Positions 51,841 to 61,494 of a stretch of DNA of 64,000 nt are shown here, piece by piece. Both the position numbers and the translations under genes were made by a program. The stretch's first letter is position 1. Every line of letters starts with the position of its first letter. The stretch spans positions 32,001 to 96,000 of the forward strand of contig CAWDLW010000042.1 in NCBI GenBank assembly GCA_963803145.1. Direction: 5' to 3'. Origin of the DNA: Methanotrichaceae archaeon. GTDB taxonomy: Archaea > Halobacteriota > Methanosarcinia > Methanotrichales > Methanotrichaceae. The notes below the pieces were generated by a model, which saw nothing but the letters and a program-made list of their open reading frames with translations, searched no databases and was not told where the DNA came from.

Positions 51841-51936
51841 GAAAAGGGAGTGTGAGGGGGTGGCGAAGGGCGAAAATAATGCATTAGGAGTGAGTTTGAT
51901 CTATTGCTTAAAGGGAGTGTCCTGCCCTTCGCATCT
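51841..51936 (-). ncRNA. Candidate small RNA with three CACUCC motifs
   Basis: TATATA on the minus strand at about 51959-51964; stem GCGAAGGGC/GCCCTTCGC; ACACTCCCTTT twice; ends in TTTT. Confidence 0.5.
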
Positions 51937-52029
51937 TAATTACTTATAACTGTTAGGATATATACTTTTACTTGTATATATATCGCTTGATGGTGAGATG
52001 AATATGATAAATAGGCAGGATACGCGGCC

Positions 52030-52112
52030 GAGAGGAAAGCGAAGGGACACAGCAGGAGGGAAATATTTTATGCTGAGGTCTCATCTGCTGAGCGGTTATC
52101 CCTTCGCTTGAA
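52030..52112 (-). ncRNA. Candidate small RNA hairpin containing UCCCUCCU (strand uncertain)
   Basis: 11-bp stem 52037-52047/52099-52109, inner CAGCAG/CTGCTG; stem sequence resembles the neighbour's. Confidence 0.4.
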
Positions 52113-52262
52113 ACAGATCTATGCATTTGAAAGTATTTAGAGAGCTGGTATTGCAATCAATGACTTTTCACTGTGGCCATTGCAAGAGTCTTAAAAGAGT
52201 TAACAATAAGCAACCTTTAAATCTAAGTAGGATATGCTGTTGCAAAAAATGAGGCAAATATT

Positions 52263-52560
52263 ATGAAAAGCTCTCTAGCTGTAGGATTGGTACTCATATC
52301 TGTCCTTTTGGCGTTCTCTTTAGGTGCAGTCTTTGCAGAGGTATCTAAAGATAAGGTAAATGCTACTACCTCAATGATATAACAAATACAACTAAGAATA
52401 TTACTAATACCACATCTTTCAAAAACCCAATTGAAATTAGACCTATAAATACAACAAACAATTTTACCAATGTTACATCCATCAATATAACAAACGAAAC
52501 TATGCCTCAAAATGCAACAATGTGACTAATCCTTTCGCAAAGGTAATGAGAAGAAGAGGC
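52263..52560 (+). pseudogene. Frameshifted secreted Asn/Thr-rich protein
   Basis: MKSSLAVGLVLISVLLAFSLGAVFA.. stops at 52382; NxT-rich continuation in a second frame to 52525, then NVTNPFAKV in a third. Confidence 0.65.
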
Positions 52561-53224
52561 CACTGCAAAAGCCGAAAGGTAGCACGACATTATCATAATT
52601 GCTATGCTGTATCACTCTATAAACTCATGAGCCTCCCTAATCACGGCTAAGAGCTCCCTTCCTCTCTCTGTGGTTTTATACTTTCCATCTATTGCGGTAA
52701 TGAATGCTTTTTTCGTTAGAGAATCAATGTACGAGGTAGCGGTTCTAAAGTATGGATTGCTTCAATAAACTACGCGCGTTTTGCTGGCTCCGATTAGGCA
52801 GACCTCTAAGACCCTAGCTATAATCTCTCCCTACTCCGCTCCATAATCTCAAGTACTTACTTGAAGTATCTGTATTAGACGTATTTCCCTTGAGGATATT
52901 AGAACTCGCTGAGCGTGGAATGGATCTGCAGCTTGATATCCTTATGCTTGTGTGCATGCTCTCCAAGCAGCATATCCATAATATCGAGCCAAAAGCTCAA
53001 GAAGATACTTAAAGTTCGAATCCATCTCTTCTTATTACAACCATGCCTTTGGCCATTGCTAAAGATTTTTTATGTATGCGATAGGCGAATGAAATCCGAT
53101 TTGCTATTTGTAGTGAAATCGAGAGTCTTTACTGCAATAAATTGATCGATGGATAATCACTTATAATAGTAATTAATATTAAGGCAGATCACTTGGTTAA
53201 TTCTTTAGCCATGAGGTAATAATT

Positions 53225-54394
53225 ATGAAATTTGGTTCTGGCTTTGATAATGCAACTCCATCAGGTCTACAAGCACCTCTAGGAATAGGTCCCGTATTAG
53301 ATTTCGATTTTGCCAATCATATGGTAGAATCTATCGGCCAGAGCTTATTGGCTATTGGGGAAGATTGGCGATTTGACTATTTTAATCCAGCCTTTGCTAA
53401 ACTAGTTGGTTGCTCCTTGGAGGATTTGGTTGGCAAGTCATTGGATGATTTCATCTACCAGGAGGATCTGGGAGTTCTTAGTGATGCCAGAATAACGCAA
53501 GCAACTGGTGAGACTAACACTTGCGAGATCAGATTGATTAGGTCTGACGGCAAGGTAATTTATGTCCAGATCACCGGAACGCCTCGTTGGAATCTAGGAA
53601 AAGTCGTAGGCTCATTCATGGTCATTACCAATCTAACCGATCATTATACTGTGGAACTGGAGGAAAGGGTTTATGAAAGGACCGCAGCGCTGGCCAAAAC
53701 AAACGAAATTCTACTGACAGAGATCATCAAAAGGAAGAGAGCAGAGGAGATGCTCAATATGACTTTGGAGGATAAGGAGACAATTCTCAGGGAGATTCAT
53801 CGCAAGGTTAAGAATAATCTGGAATTGATCTCTTCTTTGCTTTATCTTCAATCCGTAAGGACAATTGATGAGCGGCCTTTGGATATAATAAAGGATTGCC
53901 AGAATAGGGTTAAATCTATGGCTATGATCCATGATAAGCTAAGTAGTTCTCGAGATTTGACCAAGATAAATCTGGAAGAGTATGTAAAAAGCCTAGTCGA
54001 TAGTCTTTACCAAATCTATAAAGTTCGTCGTGATAGAATCGATCTAACTCTCGATGTTGATAAGATATTAATCGGAGCAGACACTGCAATCTCTTGTGGA
54101 TTTGTAATTAACGAGCTGGTCTCAAACTCCCTCAAGCATGCGTTCCCTGGAGACAGAACTGGCGTGATTTACATAGAGTTCCACTCCGAGGGCGAGAAGG
54201 GCTTTAGAATGGTTATCGAAGATAACGGAATCGGGTGCAAGAGCAATAAAGATCGGAAGAAATCAAATGCTTTGGGACTACAACTGGTAAGCGCGGTGAT
54301 GAAGCACATTGATGGTAGCATCAAGCTGGACAGCACTGGAGGGACTAGGTTAGAAATCGCTTTCCGTGTACCAATTTACGGTGATTACTCTTGA
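53225..54394 (+). CDS. PAS-domain HisKA_2-type histidine kinase with altered H-box
   Basis: PAS, EIHRKVKNNL, NELVSNSLKHAF, DNGIG, LGLQLV. Confidence 0.88.
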   Translation: MKFGSGFDNATPSGLQAPLGIGPVLDFDFANHMVESIGQSLLAIGEDWRFDYFNPAFAKLVGCSLEDLVGKSLDDFIYQEDLGVLSDARITQATGETNTCEIRLIRSDGKVIYVQITGTPRWNLGKVVGSFMVITNLTDHYTVELEERVYERTAALAKTNEILLTEIIKRKRAEEMLNMTLEDKETILREIHRKVKNNLELISSLLYLQSVRTIDERPLDIIKDCQNRVKSMAMIHDKLSSSRDLTKINLEEYVKSLVDSLYQIYKVRRDRIDLTLDVDKILIGADTAISCGFVINELVSNSLKHAFPGDRTGVIYIEFHSEGEKGFRMVIEDNGIGCKSNKDRKKSNALGLQLVSAVMKHIDGSIKLDSTGGTRLEIAFRVPIYGDYS

Positions 54395-54562
54395 AGGCAT
54401 GGGAAGAAGTCGCATTTGCCATTAATTGCCTTACCTGCAAGGTAGACTACCTTAAGCTATGTATTGAATTAAGAGAAAATAGGTGAGGCCTCGGCTTGTG
54501 CTGAGACCTATCTATCCATTAATAATAGCCGATAGCAGCATAGTTTTAGCGGGTAGCCGTGA

Positions 54563-55318
54563 TTAAGCTAAATAGCCACTATTTGTAGGATATGAGTAGC
54601 CTGTTGGTGGGTTATACATCATCGGGCGAGAATATCCAGTGGGTGCATTGCAGGCAGTTGGACAGACATGGCCAGTTATACATCCCTCGCTAGTGGGGCA
54701 GAATCTCCCTGTAAAACAGTTGACACCTGTTGGGCAACAGGTATCTGTCATGCAACCAGCCCCAGTTGGGCAACCGCAGTCTGTTGGACATTTGGAGCCT
54801 GTCACGCAGCAGTTACACGTTGTGCATTTATCGCCTGTTGGACAATTAGCGCCTGTCAAGCACTCTTTGCCTGTCGGACAGCAAGAATCCGTCGCACATT
54901 TCTCACCTGTCGGGCAACAGGAACCTGTCGCACATTTATCGCCTGTTGGACAATTGCAGCCTGTCAAACATTCTTTGCCTGTCGGACAGCAGGAGTCTGT
55001 TGCACATTTACTATCTGTTGGGCAGCATGATCCCGTTGTACAATCAGCACCTGTTGGACAATCAGAGCAGGTCGGACAAGTGGCGCCTGAGGGACATTCG
55101 TAAGATGTGGGCATACATGCGCCGGTTGGATATGCATGGTTCGTATTTGATTCATAGTTTGATGGATATGTTTGTGTTGGATATGTATTACCTATTGGTG
55201 CATCATTCGGATACGCAGAGTACATTTGATCTTGATACCCATAGCCTTCCATTGCGTATACGCCGTTAATTACGATAAACATAATGGCCATTGTTATTAA
55301 AAACAGTTTGGTTTTCAT
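54563..55318 (-). CDS. Secreted Cys/Thr-rich repeat protein
   Basis: Signal peptide; 12-aa repeats CPTGxxCxT(G/D)xx; about 37 Cys by manual count. Confidence 0.8.
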   Translation of the reverse strand: MKTKLFLITMAIMFIVINGVYAMEGYGYQDQMYSAYPNDAPIGNTYPTQTYPSNYESNTNHAYPTGACMPTSYECPSGATCPTCSDCPTGADCTTGSCCPTDSKCATDSCCPTGKECLTGCNCPTGDKCATGSCCPTGEKCATDSCCPTGKECLTGANCPTGDKCTTCNCCVTGSKCPTDCGCPTGAGCMTDTCCPTGVNCFTGRFCPTSEGCITGHVCPTACNAPTGYSRPMMYNPPTGYSYPTNSGYLA

Positions 55319-55603
55319 AAACTTACCTTCGATGTTTTTAGAAACTGTGATTACTCTTGATGAGATATAGCCTTACACTAATGTTTTGATCTTATTAAAT
55401 ATTGTAACCTCTTCTTCGGTAACGATTTACTTATTTTATTTTATGAGGTTCTCCCGAAACCTCCTCCCAAATGATAAAAGCACAAGCCATCTGTCCAAGC
55501 TCTAGATAAGAATCCAATCTTCGCTCCTCTTCTTTGGAATTAAAGCAGTCTTGATTCCAACATTATAAATCCAATCAAAGATATGTAAGGGTTGGTGAGT
55601 TTT

Positions 55604-55852
55604 ATGGATGACACCGATATGAATATCCTCAAAGCGATTAATGAAGTCTCCCCGAAGTCCTTTATCAGCCCTGTCAAGGTTAATGAGATTCTTAAACTGG
55701 ACTCAACCCTACTTGGAAACCGCTTGATGCTCTTGAAGAATTCCGGTCATGTCGATATTATGACCAGTGAATATCCCTCTAGTCTGACCCTTCCTAATGC
55801 TATTTCAAAGGTTTATCTCACAGATCTGGGACGCAACACACTGATAGGATAA
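55604..55852 (+). CDS. Small winged-helix-like protein
   Basis: MDDTDMNILKAI..LGNRLMLLKNSGHV..VYLTDLG; GGTGA RBS. Confidence 0.65.
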   Translation: MDDTDMNILKAINEVSPKSFISPVKVNEILKLDSTLLGNRLMLLKNSGHVDIMTSEYPSSLTLPNAISKVYLTDLGRNTLIG

Positions 55853-56014
55853 GAAATCGGCTTGCTATGACATAATAAAGGGATCTCGAACGGCAGATGA
55901 TAATGCACCCAAGGTCGAGTTTCTTAAGGATTTGATAAATTACCAAGATGGCTCGACTTTAATGAGGTCTTGTGGATACTGGACGTGCTAAACATACGGC
56001 TTCGAAATGATGCC

Positions 56015-56078
56015 CTTTGTTTCATAGTACACTTAGTACGGTTTCCCGCTATTTTACCCCACATAAAAGAATAGTATA
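56015..56078. repeat. Imperfect direct repeat, copy 2
   Basis: CTTTG..CATAGTA..TAGTAC..CTATTTTACCCCACATAAAAGA..AGTATA. Confidence 0.65.
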
Positions 56079-56125
56079 GTAAACTAAAGTTGGTATCAAA
56101 ACCTCAAGGGATTTGTGGCGTAGAC

Positions 56126-56205
56126 TACGTAGCTTACGTAACAGTTACGTAGTGTTCTAAGTGTGTAAAATCAATATTAGTAAATATAATTACGTAATAT
56201 ACGTA
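56126..56205. repeat. Cluster of five TACGTA palindromes
   Basis: TACGTA at 56126, 56135, 56146, 56191 and 56200. Confidence 0.75.
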
Positions 56206-56391
56206 GTAGACAAGGATAAGGGGTTAGGAGCACACCAAGCGATGTCCAACTATCCATTTTCTATTTAATGTTTCGTATTGAGCAATTATAGCGCCCTTCC
56301 TAACCCACCGCTGGCAGGATAATCACAGCTGAAGGGCAACTTATAGATAATAAAACATAATTACGTGTTTCAGTTAGTGCCGGGGAATAAA

Positions 56392-59300
56392 ATGGCGATT
56401 GATAACCTCTCCCAAAGGATCTCTGAGCTTTCCGAGCGTTTAGAGGAACTCCAGATAAAGTGTGTGAGCGATCCAGCAAATGCGCCCGAAGTCCTATCCG
56501 ATGCCTTGGAGAGTCTTCAGGCCAGCATTGAGGAGCTATCAGTTGCAGATGAGGAGCTTATGCAGCAGAATGAAGCACTCATGCGCGCTCAGTCAGAGCT
56601 GCAGGAGAGCGAGTCCATTCTGCACAGTTTCTTCGATAGCCCAGGAGCAATGCGGGGTATCGTCGAAGTAATTGCCGATGATGAAGTTAGGCACATTGTC
56701 GATAACGAAGTTACGGCGGGCTTTCTGGGGCTGACCCCGGAGGCAATGAGAGGCAAGTTAAGTAGTGAACTAGGCGAACCCCAGGAGATATTGCGAGTCT
56801 GGGTCAGCCATTACAGGCAAAGCCAGCTCACAGGGAAACCGGTAAGCTTCGAATATCAGGATAAGCGGGGAGACAATGAGGCATGGCTGTCTGTCACTGT
56901 TAACCGTCTGGGAGCAACGTCTGAGAGAACACAAAGGTTTTCCTATATCGTCAACGATATTACTGAGCGCAAACAAGCGGAAAGGTCGCTGCATGAAAAC
57001 GAGCATCGTTTGCAGCAAGCGCAAGAGCTTTTAGAATCTGTAACGAAAGGGACGGACGTCATCATTGCGGCTATAGATACTAACTTCTGCTACACCCTAT
57101 TTAACAAGGCCTATCAAGAGGAGGTAAAGCGGCTTAGCGGTATGGATATTCACGTCGGCGCAAGCATAGTCGAAACATTTGCTCACCAGCCGGAGCAGCA
57201 GAAGATTGTCGTGGAGCAATGGAGCGAGGTCCTGGAAGGTAAGAGCACAAACAAAATGCTGGAGTTCGGGGATCCCGGTCTCTACAGGAGACTCTACAAT
57301 GTCCTTCACACTCCCATCAGGGACGCCGAAGGTAAAATCGTGGGGGCTGGCGAGGTTGCCTATGACGTCACGGAAAAAGTGCGCTCTGCCGAGGCGCTGC
57401 GTGAGAGCGAAGAAAAATTGTCAGCTCTATATGCTTCGATGGTAGAGGGAATTGCGCTACACGAGATTGTTTATGATAAGGCAGAAAACCCCGTAGACTA
57501 CGTAATAATAGATGTAAATCCTTCGTTCGAAAAAATCACTGGACTATCAAGAGACAAAGCCTTGGGCCAAAGGGCTTCAGCGCTTTATGGCACAGGAGCG
57601 GCCCCTTTTTTGGATATCTATTCCAGAGTCGCTTCCTCCGGCAAGCCGGAGTCGTTTGAAACTTATTTCGAACCGATGAGAAAACATTTCAATATATCGG
57701 TCTTCTCACCGGCCCGAGGTAAATTTGCGACTGTATTTTCGGACATAACCGAACATAAGCGCCAAGAGGAGAAGATTGCCAAACTGACTCGGCTCTATGC
57801 AGTGCTTAGTCGGGTGAATGAGACAATTGTCCGAATCCATGACGTGAATTCATTGTACATAGAGGTCTGCCGTATCGTGGCGGAAGTTGCTGGCTTTCCT
57901 CTAGTCTGGATCGGCCACGTGCAACAGCATCTGGTTGTTCCAGTCGCCTGGTCTGGTCCCGCAGCTGACTACTTGAAAGATATTAAGGTAGAGGTGCAAG
58001 GCGAGTTTAGCAAGGGCCCGACAGGCACCTGTATCCGGGAGAACCGGGCAGTAGTCAACGATGATTTTGCGACAAACCCCACTACTTTGCCGTGGCGCGA
58101 ATCGGCCCTACGCTGTGGGTTTCACGCATCGGCTGCATTTCCCTTGCACCGCCAGGGCAGGGCTATAGGTGCTTTCACGTTCTATGCCTACGAGCCCAAC
58201 GCCTTTGATCCTGATCAGGTTGAACTGCTCGAATCGCTGAGCTCCGACATTTCTTACGCTTTGGATGCCCTTGACCAGGAGCAACTACGTATTAGGGCCG
58301 AGGAAGACCTGCGCGAAACCAGAGATTATCTGGAAAACTTGATAGATTATGCCAATGCACCTATTATTGTCTGGGACACTGCATTCAAGATTGTTAGGTT
58401 CAACCACGCCTTTGAGCGTTTAACTGGACTTAGAGCGGCCGAAGCTATTGGAGAGCCCCTGAATATGCTCTTTCCAGAGAGCAGCCAGGTGGAATCTTTG
58501 GAGCACATCCACAACGCTATGTATGGAGAACAATGGGATGCTGTAGAGATTCCCATTCTAAGAACTGATGGGTCTGTAAGGATCGTATTATGGAATTCGG
58601 CTAATATCCACGATAAAGATGGGAAAAAGGTCGCAACTACCATAGCCCAGGGCCAGGACATCACAGAGCGCAAGAAGGCCGAGAAGGCACTAAAGAAGGC
58701 GCATGAGGAGCTTGAGCAAAGGGTCAAGGAAAGGACCGCTGAGCTATCTGATGCAAAAGAGAACCTCGAAGTGATCAACGAAGAGCTTCAAGTGGAGATC
58801 TCAGAGCATGAGAAGACAGAGAAAGAGCTTATGGCTGCCAAGGAGGCTGCAGAGGCCGCAGTCGAGGCCAAAGCAGCTTTCCTGGCAAACATGAGCCATG
58901 AGCTTAGGACGCCCCTAAATGCAGTGATTGGTTTCTCAAGCCTCCTCCTGGATGATAATCTCACACAGGATCAGAAGGAGAACATTGAGAGAATCAGGAA
59001 CGGTGGCGAAGCTCTCCTATCAATCATCAGCGATATCCTGGAGTTTTCGAGGGCAGAGAAGGAAAAGGTAAAGCTTGAGCTTCAACCCTTCAGTCTTAAG
59101 CACTGTATCGAGGAATCTCTCGGAATGGTGGCTGTCCAGGCCAATGATAAGGGCTTGAATCTGGCGTATACTATGAGCTATGGTATGCCAGATACTATCA
59201 TCGGTGATCAGGGGAGGCTTAGACAAGTGCTTGTAAATCTCCTCTCGAATGCTGTCAAGTTCACGGATGAGGGAGATATATCAGTATCTATCTCTTCAAA

Positions 59301-59994
59301 AGCGATTGTTGGCAATAAGCGCAATATAACTTTTGCAGTCAAGGATACAGGAATCGGAATGCCTCAGGATAAAATGGATAGGCTATTCCAGCCCTTCTCA
59401 CAACTTGAATATGTAATAAGCCGCAAGCGTGATGGCGCTGGATTGGGACTCGCCATATGCAAGGAGATAGTTGAACTCATGGGCGGAGAGATTCGGGCCG
59501 AAAGTGAGGAGGGCAAGGGCTCTACTTTCAGATTCACTATTCCCGTAGAGACTATCCCAGGAAAGCAACTGGACTTAGGTGAGAAGGATAAAGCTGCTGT
59601 CTACGAGAACCTCGCGGCTCAAAAGCCACTGAGCATTCTTGTCGCTGAAGATAACCCTTCAAACCAGAAGGTACTCGTCGAGATGCTGAAACGCCTAGGC
59701 TACAGGGCGGACGCTGTTGCTGATGGTGTCGAGGTTCTGCAAGCACTTAAAATCCGGCCTTACGACCTGGTATTCATGGATATCAAAATGCCTGAGATGG
59801 ATGGACTCACTGCCACTAAGGAAATACGTAAGCTATGGCCAGATAAAGGGCCGAATGTGGTAGCCATCACAGCTTTCTCAATGGATGGCGATCGAGAACT
59901 GTGTCTCGAAGCAGGCATGGATGGTTATATAGCAAAGCCTGTGAAGCTGGGAGAGCTGGCCGAGATCCTAATGAAATATGTCCCGAAAACATAA
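56392..59994 (+). CDS. Hybrid multi-PAS/GAF histidine kinase with receiver domain
   Basis: Several DITERK PAC ends, GAF, FLANMSHELRTPL, NLLSNAVKFT, DTGIG, GAGLGL, REC (AEDN, MDIKMP, KP). Confidence 0.95.
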   Translation: MAIDNLSQRISELSERLEELQIKCVSDPANAPEVLSDALESLQASIEELSVADEELMQQNEALMRAQSELQESESILHSFFDSPGAMRGIVEVIADDEVRHIVDNEVTAGFLGLTPEAMRGKLSSELGEPQEILRVWVSHYRQSQLTGKPVSFEYQDKRGDNEAWLSVTVNRLGATSERTQRFSYIVNDITERKQAERSLHENEHRLQQAQELLESVTKGTDVIIAAIDTNFCYTLFNKAYQEEVKRLSGMDIHVGASIVETFAHQPEQQKIVVEQWSEVLEGKSTNKMLEFGDPGLYRRLYNVLHTPIRDAEGKIVGAGEVAYDVTEKVRSAEALRESEEKLSALYASMVEGIALHEIVYDKAENPVDYVIIDVNPSFEKITGLSRDKALGQRASALYGTGAAPFLDIYSRVASSGKPESFETYFEPMRKHFNISVFSPARGKFATVFSDITEHKRQEEKIAKLTRLYAVLSRVNETIVRIHDVNSLYIEVCRIVAEVAGFPLVWIGHVQQHLVVPVAWSGPAADYLKDIKVEVQGEFSKGPTGTCIRENRAVVNDDFATNPTTLPWRESALRCGFHASAAFPLHRQGRAIGAFTFYAYEPNAFDPDQVELLESLSSDISYALDALDQEQLRIRAEEDLRETRDYLENLIDYANAPIIVWDTAFKIVRFNHAFERLTGLRAAEAIGEPLNMLFPESSQVESLEHIHNAMYGEQWDAVEIPILRTDGSVRIVLWNSANIHDKDGKKVATTIAQGQDITERKKAEKALKKAHEELEQRVKERTAELSDAKENLEVINEELQVEISEHEKTEKELMAAKEAAEAAVEAKAAFLANMSHELRTPLNAVIGFSSLLLDDNLTQDQKENIERIRNGGEALLSIISDILEFSRAEKEKVKLELQPFSLKHCIEESLGMVAVQANDKGLNLAYTMSYGMPDTIIGDQGRLRQVLVNLLSNAVKFTDEGDISVSISSKAIVGNKRNITFAVKDTGIGMPQDKMDRLFQPFSQLEYVISRKRDGAGLGLAICKEIVELMGGEIRAESEEGKGSTFRFTIPVETIPGKQLDLGEKDKAAVYENLAAQKPLSILVAEDNPSNQKVLVEMLKRLGYRADAVADGVEVLQALKIRPYDLVFMDIKMPEMDGLTATKEIRKLWPDKGPNVVAITAFSMDGDRELCLEAGMDGYIAKPVKLGELAEILMKYVPKT

Positions 59995-60388
59995 TAGGGG
60001 AGAGATTACATTAGCAAACGCCGCTGTCTCCCTAAGCATATCAGGTTGATGCAGTTCCTACATGATATTTGCCTTCCAACCCATTTACTTCGGCACCTAT
60101 AAGTTGAAATAGTAATAACTCCCATAATATTGTTGAGGTGCGAAAATGGACTACAGGACTCTCTGTATCTATACTTGCATCGCCCCTGTAACTGCCAGCC
60201 TTCTCCAAGATGATCCGCCTGATATTCTTCTACAGCTTTCCTTAGGATTCTAGCGGGCTTAGCTGCCGCGACATACACTGTGGTGACCTAAATGCAAAAC
60301 AATTTTTTATTAATAATGTAATAATATACTTTTTGCTCTACTCCAACCAATGGATATTAGTACAAAATGATAAAAAACATAATTTGTT

Positions 60389-60979
60389 ATGATCCTCCCT
60401 CAAGCTTTTTACGAGCAAGACACGATCGCAGTCGCAAAGAAGCTTCTAGGATGTTATCTTGTACATATCGAAGATGAGGGGACGGCTATCGGGAGGATAG
60501 TTGAAACTGAAGCATATATCTCGAACGATCCCGCCTGTCATGCATTTAGAGGCAAAACAAAAAGGAATAGCGTTCTCTTTGGCCCAGCAGGGCATGCCTA
60601 TGTGTATTTGATCTACGGAATGTATTACTGCTTCAATGCGGTAACTGAACAAGTGGGAACAGGGCAGGCTGTTTTGATACGAGCATTGGAACCTGTGAAA
60701 GGAATCGAGTTGATGCGAGAAAGGCGTGGGACAAATGAACTGAAGCTCTTATGTAATGGTCCCGGGAAACTGACGCAAGCACTTGCAATAAACATATCCT
60801 TTAACGGTTTGCCCCTTTTTAGCGGCCCTATTCAAATATGGTCTTCGGAGAGTCTGCCTGGCTCTGAGGCTATAGGGGCTGATGATATTATACAGACAAC
60901 TAGAATTGGAATTTCACAAGCTAAAGATGACCTTCTGAGGTTTTACTTGAAAGATAATATGTATATTTCTAGGAAGTAG
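60389..60979 (+). CDS. mpg: DNA-3-methyladenine glycosylase (MPG/AAG type)
   Basis: IVETEAY, YVYLIYGMY, AVLIRALEP, NGPGKL, RIGIS. Confidence 0.92.
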   Translation: MILPQAFYEQDTIAVAKKLLGCYLVHIEDEGTAIGRIVETEAYISNDPACHAFRGKTKRNSVLFGPAGHAYVYLIYGMYYCFNAVTEQVGTGQAVLIRALEPVKGIELMRERRGTNELKLLCNGPGKLTQALAINISFNGLPLFSGPIQIWSSESLPGSEAIGADDIIQTTRIGISQAKDDLLRFYLKDNMYISRK

Positions 60980-61248
60980 TTTGAGATAAACGATGGGGAT
61001 ATATGCCTAAGATATTCAGTCTTCGGTGTCGAGCGATACTTTATGAAACAGATTTTTTCTAACTGTAGAGTCTCATAAATGACCTGAAAGTGCATTCAAT
61101 ATGTATCGCAAGACGTTCGCAAGGGTTGCTTTAAAAATGATTATTGGAATTCAGACATTCCATGAGCATTTCATGAATCGATCATCTCTTACCTTTTTAG
61201 AATGAAATATTATTTAATCATCAGCTATACTTTAGTTGTACGTAAATG

Positions 61249-61345
61249 TATGGAGAACAACTCTGGAAAGGACATTTTCGCAGGGCTGTGGAATGCATAT
61301 GGAGAAATTGGATGACTTTGGTGCATAGGTCGTTGGAAGCGAAAG
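61249..61345 (+). pseudogene. Possible zinc-ribbon gene remnant
   Basis: FSQGCGMHMEKLDDFGA* resembles CQSCGMP....FG zinc ribbons. Confidence 0.3.
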
Positions 61346-61494
61346 CTTGTGGCAGATTAGGTGAAGATTATCATTGAGGGTGTAGACATAGCTACAATTG
61401 GAATAATAGAAATGCCTAGGCAAAAGTGCCCTTATTTGGTCTTTTCGAAGCTTTTCAGCTTAGGGATCGATACTCAACAGGAAGCAGCCGGACT

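Noticed and set aside
54639-55269. Plus-strand repeat ORFs (VGQ and WT repeats)
   Set aside because: Antisense shadows of the Cys-rich gene, which has the signal peptide and RBS
55905-56015. Possible integrase N-terminal fragment (FLK / DKLPRWLDFNEVLWI)
   Set aside because: Too short and degenerate to call without an HMM search
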